A stretch of 19,418 nucleotides of DNA, taken from NCBI GenBank assembly GCA_963977445.1, contig CAXBPH010000123.1, forward strand, positions 1 through 19,418. Direction: 5' to 3'. Below are positions 17,625-19,418 of the stretch, piece by piece. Within the stretch, counting starts at the first letter, position 1; the number at the start of each line of letters is the position of its first letter. A model generated the notes under the pieces. That model was given only the letters and a program-made list of their open reading frames with translations, made no database searches and had not been told where the DNA came from. The DNA comes from an uncultured bacterium. GTDB taxonomy: Bacteria; Hydrogenedentota; Hydrogenedentia; Hydrogenedentales; JAEUWI01. Both the position numbers and the translations under genes were made by a program.

Positions 17625-17659
17625 AATGTAACACAAACAATAGTTGTTGTCAACAAGTA
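17625..17659 (-). promoter_or_regulatory. Sigma70 promoter of marR-2 with overlapping operator
   Basis: Minus strand TTGACA (17653-17648), 17 bp, TACATT (17630-17625) with TGn extension. Palindrome TAGTTG-TTGTCAA-CAAGTA (17641-17659) is centred on the -35. Confidence 0.82.
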
Positions 17660-17719
17660 CTTGCATAAAGAATTATAAGTTACTGTATATAAATCGTTTA
17701 CGGGGGAGGGGCTGGCGAG

Positions 17720-17755
17720 AAAAGAAACGGGCAGCACCCGTGGTGGGGCTGCCCG
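17720..17755 (-). terminator. Intrinsic terminator after the dockerin-like gene
   Basis: CGGGCAGC (17728-17735)/GCTGCCCG (17748-17755) stem followed on the minus strand by TTTCTTTT. Confidence 0.75.
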
Positions 17756-17797
17756 CATGTTTCTGATGGAGTCTGACGCTGCGTTATCGGCCGGATT

Positions 17798-18676
17798 TTA
17801 TTCTTCGGGCAAGGCAACCGTACTCACGGGCTCGTTCTCCAAACGGGTGCCATAGCGGGCACCGACGGAATTGGCGTCGTCTTCAGTCTGCCAATCCACG
17901 TCCTCATCAAGGGCACGCCGGTCGACGACCCGAATGTGGGTGAGCACCTGATCAACCGCACGGGAGGCCCCGCAAAAATCGGGTGTCTCGCCATCGGCCA
18001 CGATTTCACGCTGGGGTATGGCGAAGGTGCGAATGGTGCACCGAACGACAAAGTCACCGGCGACTTCAAATCGATGACGTACCCCGATGGCCGCCGTACC
18101 CACGAGGGGGCCACAGCCACGACCGGCGGCACCGTCCCGACCAATGGGCCGCCACGCGTCTTCATCTATTACCGGTCTATCGGTGCCTTCCGTCGCTTCC
18201 GCGTCACCCGCTGCGGGCTGGAGTCGCTGTATTTCAACGACCAGCTCGGCCCGGAGCAGTCCACAGGCATTGTCGTACCAGACACCTTCGGTATTGCGAT
18301 CAAATACAAAGGCAATGCCCGTATTTTTTCGAACCAGGAGCCGACCATTGCGACGGGCGAAGTTGGACGCCGCACCAATCGTGGAACAGGCGTCGGCGTT
18401 TTCGACGGTCGTGCCGGGAATCAGCGCGAGACTCGCCCGGGGACTTGCGACGACATATTGGCGCAAGGGAAGATCAACGGCATCCACGCCACGGTCATTC
18501 AGGCCGAGGGCATCGTTGATCACATGCTGTATGTCAGTGGGGCCGACGATACCATCGTTATCGACATCGGCATTGATTTCCCAGGGGTCCAGATCCTGAG
18601 ACCAGACTGAGCTAGACATGATCAGGGCGAAGAGCATTGCCGCCGACAGGATCCAACGTAGTTTTTGAGTTTTCAT
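17798..18676 (-). CDS. Secreted protein with an N-terminal dockerin-like (EF-hand-like) motif and an unknown C-terminal domain, 292 aa
   Basis: Signal peptide MKTQKLRWILSAAMLFALIMSSSVWS. ADVDNDGIVGPTDIQHVINDALG matches the dockerin type I Ca-binding loop-helix. GGAGA RBS. Confidence 0.8.
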   Translation of the reverse strand: MKTQKLRWILSAAMLFALIMSSSVWSQDLDPWEINADVDNDGIVGPTDIQHVINDALGLNDRGVDAVDLPLRQYVVASPRASLALIPGTTVENADACSTIGAASNFARRNGRLLVRKNTGIAFVFDRNTEGVWYDNACGLLRAELVVEIQRLQPAAGDAEATEGTDRPVIDEDAWRPIGRDGAAGRGCGPLVGTAAIGVRHRFEVAGDFVVRCTIRTFAIPQREIVADGETPDFCGASRAVDQVLTHIRVVDRRALDEDVDWQTEDDANSVGARYGTRLENEPVSTVALPEE

Positions 18677-18736
18677 GGTGTAATCTCCATGGTAGGTCTT
18701 CATGATTTTGAAATATTGGAAAAGTGTCATCGATCT

Positions 18737-19234
18737 TCAGCCCTTACCCGGCGGGGCATTGGAAAGCAGGTGAAATTGGTATCGAACGCGGGGACCGGCC
18801 GCCAGGGGCACGGCACCCGAGGGGTGTGGATATACGGCAGCATGGCCCTGGCGCTCGGGAATAAACAGACTGCGTGGTGTGGCCGGAATTGCGGGGATGA
18901 AAAAGCGGTAGGAAGGGGGGAGTACGGCCCCTTCATGGGGGGCTGGTGCTTTGTTTTCATGGGGGGAATCGGATTGCACCGAATTCATGAGGGCCCGTTG
19001 CAGATCCAAGACGATCGAGGATGAGGTGGCGCTTGTGGGCTCCCCGTGGTCCAGCAGCATGGTGTCGACCAGCCGTTGCAGGTCCAACACGGAAAGGCTC
19101 TCATCCAGGCGCGTGCTTTCGGCCGACGTGACCGGTGCCGCAACGGAAAGGAGCAAGCTGAAAGACAGTAGCCAACGAAGGGCGGGGGCCTTCCACGCGG
19201 TGCCGCGCGCAAACGTGTCACTATAGCTAATCAT
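18737..19234 (-). CDS. Small secreted protein (165 aa) with two degenerate dockerin-like helices and C-terminal NAPP
   Basis: ATG 19234 overlaps the upstream TGA (ATGA), with an AGGAG RBS. Signal-like LRWLLSFSLLLSVAAP. Repeats LSVLDLQRLV and SIVLDLQRAL. Confidence 0.65.
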   Translation of the reverse strand: MISYSDTFARGTAWKAPALRWLLSFSLLLSVAAPVTSAESTRLDESLSVLDLQRLVDTMLLDHGEPTSATSSSIVLDLQRALMNSVQSDSPHENKAPAPHEGAVLPPSYRFFIPAIPATPRSLFIPERQGHAAVYPHPSGAVPLAAGPRVRYQFHLLSNAPPGKG

Positions 19235-19418
19235 GATAACGCGCTCTCCTCGTGACGGAAGCAGAGCAGCGAAAGGATGGAGAGACATACAAGCAGGTCG
19301 GCCGCTATGGAAGTGGATGTGTCGCCGGCTGCACAGCTCATTACAGCGGTGCCACCATCACCATCCCCTTCGCCTTCGCCTTCGCCTTCGCCTTCGCCTT
19401 CGCCTTCGCCTTCGCCTT
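19231..19418 (-). CDS. 3' end of an (EG)n-linker surface protein with a Cys + transmembrane C-terminal tail (partial, absent from the ORF track)
   Basis: My translation reads (GE)n-GDGDGGTAVMSCAAGDTSTSIAADLLVCLSILSLLCFRHEESALS*, with stop TGA at 19233-19231. Confidence 0.8.
   Translation of the reverse strand, partial: GEGEGEGEGEGEGEGEGDGDGGTAVMSCAAGDTSTSIAADLLVCLSILSLLCFRHEESALS
19367..19418. repeat. (CCTTCG)n hexamer tandem repeat encoding Glu-Gly on the minus strand
   Basis: At least 8 perfect copies, continuing to the window edge. Confidence 0.97.

Overview
GC-rich bacterial window. The (Glu-Gly)n linker protein, the DUF1559 prepilin-type gene and the dockerin-like proteins suggest Candidatus Hydrogenedentota or a PVC-like lineage (inference). 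Genes in order: secreted hypothetical (-), DoxX (-), MarR-1 (-), MgtE (+), two large secreted carbohydrate-active-enzyme-like genes (-), orphan hybrid PAS histidine kinase (+), DUF1559 protein (+), DMT/EamA transporter, nitroreductase and MarR-2 (all -), two dockerin-like secreted proteins (-), and the 3' end of an (EG)n protein with a Cys/TM tail (-). The most interesting signals: (1) two paralogous MarR modules whose operators share outer half-sites TAGTTG/CAAGTA but differ in spacer (6 vs 7 bp), each overlapping a TTGACA promoter, with marR-1 apparently leaderless; (2) two unrelated intergenic ~280-340 bp palindromic repeat arrays, one a REP/REPIN-like mosaic and one with nested stems and compensatory changes; (3) a terminator-like hairpin in the mgtE leader; (4) a translationally coupled secreted small protein ending in a RAPP-like NAPP motif upstream of a dockerin protein. 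No transposase, CRISPR, tRNA or rRNA was recognised.
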